Shown here piece after piece: positions 16,088-18,827 of a stretch of 18,827 nucleotides of DNA (within the stretch, counting starts at the first letter, position 1; the number at the start of each line of letters is the position of its first letter). The notes under the pieces were generated by a model. The model had not been told where the DNA came from. It ran no database searches and saw nothing but the letters and a program-made list of their open reading frames with translations. The stretch is from positions 1-18,827 of the forward strand of contig JAVZVY010000014.1 of NCBI GenBank assembly GCA_038878295.1, in the 5' to 3' direction. Source of the stretch: Candidatus Micrarchaeaceae archaeon. GTDB lineage: Archaea > Micrarchaeota > Micrarchaeia > Micrarchaeales > CABMGC01. The position numbers and the translations under genes were made by a program.

Positions 16088-18280
16088 ATGGTTAGGAAAG
16101 AACTAGTGGCAGAGGAAGTCAATAAGCTGATGAGCGACGTAGACAACATAAGGAACATAGCAATAATAGCGCACGTCCACCATGGAAAGACAACTCTTAC
16201 CGATTCGCTGCTTGCAAACGCCGGCATAATAGCGAAGAGCGTAGCTGGCGAAGTCCTGTATACAAACTACGACGTTATAGAAAAGGACAGGCGCATGACG
16301 ATAAAATCAGCAAACATCTCGCTAGCATTTACTTATAACAACAAGGACTACATCATAAATCTTATAGACACTCCTGGCCATGTCGATTTCGGCGGCCATG
16401 TTACAAGGTCTATGAGAGCCGCGGATGGAGTTGTTCTTGTAGTGGACCCTGTCGAGGGCATAATGCCGCAGACTGAAACCGTGCTTAGGCAGGCCCTGCA
16501 GGAAAGATCAAAGCCAGTGCTCTTCATAAACAAAGTCGATAGGCTGCTCAACGAGCTCAGGCTATCAATGCAGGACACATATTCTAGGCTTCTCGAGCTC
16601 ATAGTGAACATAAACAAGCTCATAGACAAATATGTTCCTGAGGAATTCGCGGGCAAGTGGCACGTAAGCGTAGACGAAGGAAGCGTATGCATAGGCTCAG
16701 CATACAAAAAATGGGCAATTTCAAAAAAGATAATGGAGAAATACAAGGTCACGTTCAAGGAAATCTACGAATACACAGCAAAGAACGACGAGCAGAAGCT
16801 GCAGGAGATAGCGCCGATAGATGAAGCCGTGCTTACAATGATTGTCGAGCACCTTCCTTCGCCGAAGGTCGCGCAGCCATACAGGATACCGCGAGTTTGG
16901 AAAGGCGACTACGAAAGCGTTGAAGGGAAAGCCATGATCAATGTTGACGCGAACGGCCCAGCATGCATAGCAATATTCGGCTTGACAGAAGATCCGCATG
17001 CAGGCGAGGTCGTAATAGGCAGGGTCTTTTCAGGCACTGTAAGAAAGGGAACAATGCTTTACGTAAACGGCAGGCCTGAACTGCAGAAGGTGCAGAATGT
17101 AAGCATTTACATGGGCCCAGACCGCGTGCAGGTTGAAAGCATTCCAGCAGGCAACATAGCAGCTATAGTCGGACTCAGCGGCGCAGAAATAGGCGGCACA
17201 GCCAGCGAGACTATTATGGAGCCTTTCGAGCAGATAAGGCATTATTCTCCGCCTGTTGTGACGAAGGCCATAGAAGCAAAGAGCACGAAGGATACAACAA
17301 GGCTTATAGAGGCGCTGCACGACCTTGCAAAGAGCGATCCGACAATGGTTGTCGAGATAGACCAGGAAACTGGCGAGCACAAGATAAGTGGCATGGGCGA
17401 ACTCCACCTTGAAATCATAGAGACAAAGATAAGGGACACATATGGCATACCGATAACTACAAGCGAGCCCATAGTCGTCTACAGGGAAACGATAGAAAAG
17501 GAAACGAAGAATGTAGAGGGCAAAGCGCCCAACAAGCATTCGAGATTCTACATAAACGTTGCGCCACTTGAAAAGGGCGTAAGCGATCTGATTGAGTCTG
17601 GCGATCTCAAAGAGGGTAAGCCCAAGGGCAAGCAGTACGTCGAGGCGCTCGTCAAAGCCGGAATGAACAGGGACGAGGCAAAGGGCATTGTCGATATATA
17701 CCAGAAGAACGTGTTAATAGATGCGACGCACGGCGTGCAGTACATGAATGAAGTTATGGAGCTGCTTATAGACGGCTTCGAGGAGGCAATGGCTGACGGC
17801 CCTCTTGCAAGAGAAAAATGCACTGGCGTAAAGGTGCTCATAACAGACGCAACAATACACGAGGATCCGGTGCACAGGGGTCCGGCGCAGATAATACCGG
17901 CAATAAGGCGCCCGATATATGCCGGCATGCTTATTTCTGGCGTGGAGCTTCTTGAGCCCAAGCAGAAATACACGATAAACACGCCTCAGGAATACATGTC
18001 TGACATAATAGGCATGCTTCAGAGCAAGCGCGGCCAAATACTGGAGGTGCAGCAGGAGAACGAACAAGCGACAATTATAGCAAAGATGCCGGTTGCCGAA
18101 GTTATAAAAGGCTTTTCAAACACTCTAAGAAGCCTTACCAAAGGCAGGGCCATATGGTACATGGAATATGCTGGCTACGAGAAGCTGCCAAGCGACCTTC
18201 AGGAGCAGGTAGTCAGGGAAATAAGGAAAAGAAAAGGGCAGCCTCCTGAGCCGCCAACCCCGCAGCAGTTCCTGGACTGA
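16088..18280 (+). CDS. fusA: Translation elongation factor 2 (aEF-2)
   Basis: IRNI.IIAH..HGKTTL.D.LL, LIDTPGHVDFGG, FINKVDR, GMGELHLEI and the diphthamide loop HEDPVHRGPAQIIPA. Follows rps7. Start reassigned to ATG 16088. Confidence 0.97.
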   Translation: MVRKELVAEEVNKLMSDVDNIRNIAIIAHVHHGKTTLTDSLLANAGIIAKSVAGEVLYTNYDVIEKDRRMTIKSANISLAFTYNNKDYIINLIDTPGHVDFGGHVTRSMRAADGVVLVVDPVEGIMPQTETVLRQALQERSKPVLFINKVDRLLNELRLSMQDTYSRLLELIVNINKLIDKYVPEEFAGKWHVSVDEGSVCIGSAYKKWAISKKIMEKYKVTFKEIYEYTAKNDEQKLQEIAPIDEAVLTMIVEHLPSPKVAQPYRIPRVWKGDYESVEGKAMINVDANGPACIAIFGLTEDPHAGEVVIGRVFSGTVRKGTMLYVNGRPELQKVQNVSIYMGPDRVQVESIPAGNIAAIVGLSGAEIGGTASETIMEPFEQIRHYSPPVVTKAIEAKSTKDTTRLIEALHDLAKSDPTMVVEIDQETGEHKISGMGELHLEIIETKIRDTYGIPITTSEPIVVYRETIEKETKNVEGKAPNKHSRFYINVAPLEKGVSDLIESGDLKEGKPKGKQYVEALVKAGMNRDEAKGIVDIYQKNVLIDATHGVQYMNEVMELLIDGFEEAMADGPLAREKCTGVKVLITDATIHEDPVHRGPAQIIPAIRRPIYAGMLISGVELLEPKQKYTINTPQEYMSDIIGMLQSKRGQILEVQQENEQATIIAKMPVAEVIKGFSNTLRSLTKGRAIWYMEYAGYEKLPSDLQEQVVREIRKRKGQPPEPPTPQQFLD

Positions 18281-18282
18281 GA

Positions 18283-18290
18283 TTTATATA
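18283..18290 (+). promoter_or_regulatory. TATA box for rpl7ae
   Basis: TTTATATA directly after the EF-2 stop, about 45 nt upstream of ATG 18335. SD GAGGT at 18324-18328. Confidence 0.65.
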
Positions 18291-18334
18291 GGTTACTCTA
18301 CAATATATTAAAGCCAATGAAATGAGGTAATTGT

Positions 18335-18796
18335 ATGGCAAAATCATACGTGAAATTCGAGGTGTCAAAGGAAGTTGCTGACAAGGCCTACGAAGCTGTT
18401 AGGCTTGCAATGCAAAGTGGCGCTATAAAGAAAGGCGCGAATGAGACAACAAAGAGCATAGAGCGCGGCATAGCCCAGCTTGTAGTGATAGCCGAGGACG
18501 TTGATCCTGAAGAGGTCGTGATGCACATACCGATGCTCTGCGAGCAGAGGAAGATACCTTTCGTATATGTGCCAACAAAGAAGGACCTTGGCAAGGCTAT
18601 AGGCCTTAACGTTAACTGCGCATCAGTTGCAATAGAGAAGTTCGGCAATGCTGAAGCGGTAGCAAAGGACGTGATAGCAAAAGTAACCGGCAAATCGCAG
18701 GCCGCAGCTGCCACAGCGGGCGCTCAGGCTCAGACTGGTGCAAGTGCCGCAAAAGCTGGAGGTGCAAAGCCTTCACAGCAAGAGAAAAAGAAGTGA
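18335..18796 (+). CDS. rpl7ae: 50S ribosomal protein L7Ae (eL8) with C-terminal low-complexity extension
   Basis: [42 protein letters not shown]...IP.VYVP.K.DLG.A.GL. Confidence 0.97.
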   Translation: MAKSYVKFEVSKEVADKAYEAVRLAMQSGAIKKGANETTKSIERGIAQLVVIAEDVDPEEVVMHIPMLCEQRKIPFVYVPTKKDLGKAIGLNVNCASVAIEKFGNAEAVAKDVIAKVTGKSQAAAATAGAQAQTGASAAKAGGAKPSQQEKKK

Positions 18797-18800
18797 CTAA

Positions 18801-18827
18801 ATGGCTGAAGAAGGCAAATTCGATGGA
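18801..18827 (+). CDS. 5' end of the next gene, truncated by the window; possibly ribosomal protein S28e
   Basis: ATG 4 nt after the L7Ae stop, reading MAEEGKFDG. Identity is suggested only by the conserved archaeal rpl7ae-rps28e gene order. Confidence 0.4.

Noticed and set aside
1..18827. CRISPR arrays, tRNA/rRNA genes, transposases, integrases or defence systems (including a Wadjet/MksB reading of smc)
   Set aside because: No repeat-spacer pattern, cloverleaf or recombinase motifs were seen. The SMC has a canonical hinge and no jetABD-like neighbours.

Overview
Gene-dense archaeal chromosomal segment. TATA-box promoters, archaeal-type ribosomal proteins, a diphthamide-type EF-2 and strong sequence divergence suggest a DPANN lineage such as Micrarchaeota (inference). 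From left to right: a secreted two-domain protein with pilin-like motifs and a membrane-anchored PapD/Ig-like partner with a very basic tail; a PadR regulator with tandem palindromic operators, ABC-2 exporter and COG1361 surface protein; a metallophosphoesterase divergent from an M50 site-2 protease; smc; an enlarged Sec11/SipW-type signal peptidase; a beta-carbonic-anhydrase-like protein; a membrane protein; an AT-rich NT5C-like HAD hydrolase; and a rearranged translation cluster (rpl30e-rps12-rps7-EF-2-rpl7ae-partial next gene). The most notable signals are a candidate usher-less, chaperone/pilin-like surface filament module (79-1772), substitutions at near-invariant residues of uS12 and EF-2, and a K-loop-like element over the rpl7ae ribosome-binding site. 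All family calls come from motif recognition by eye; no searches were run.
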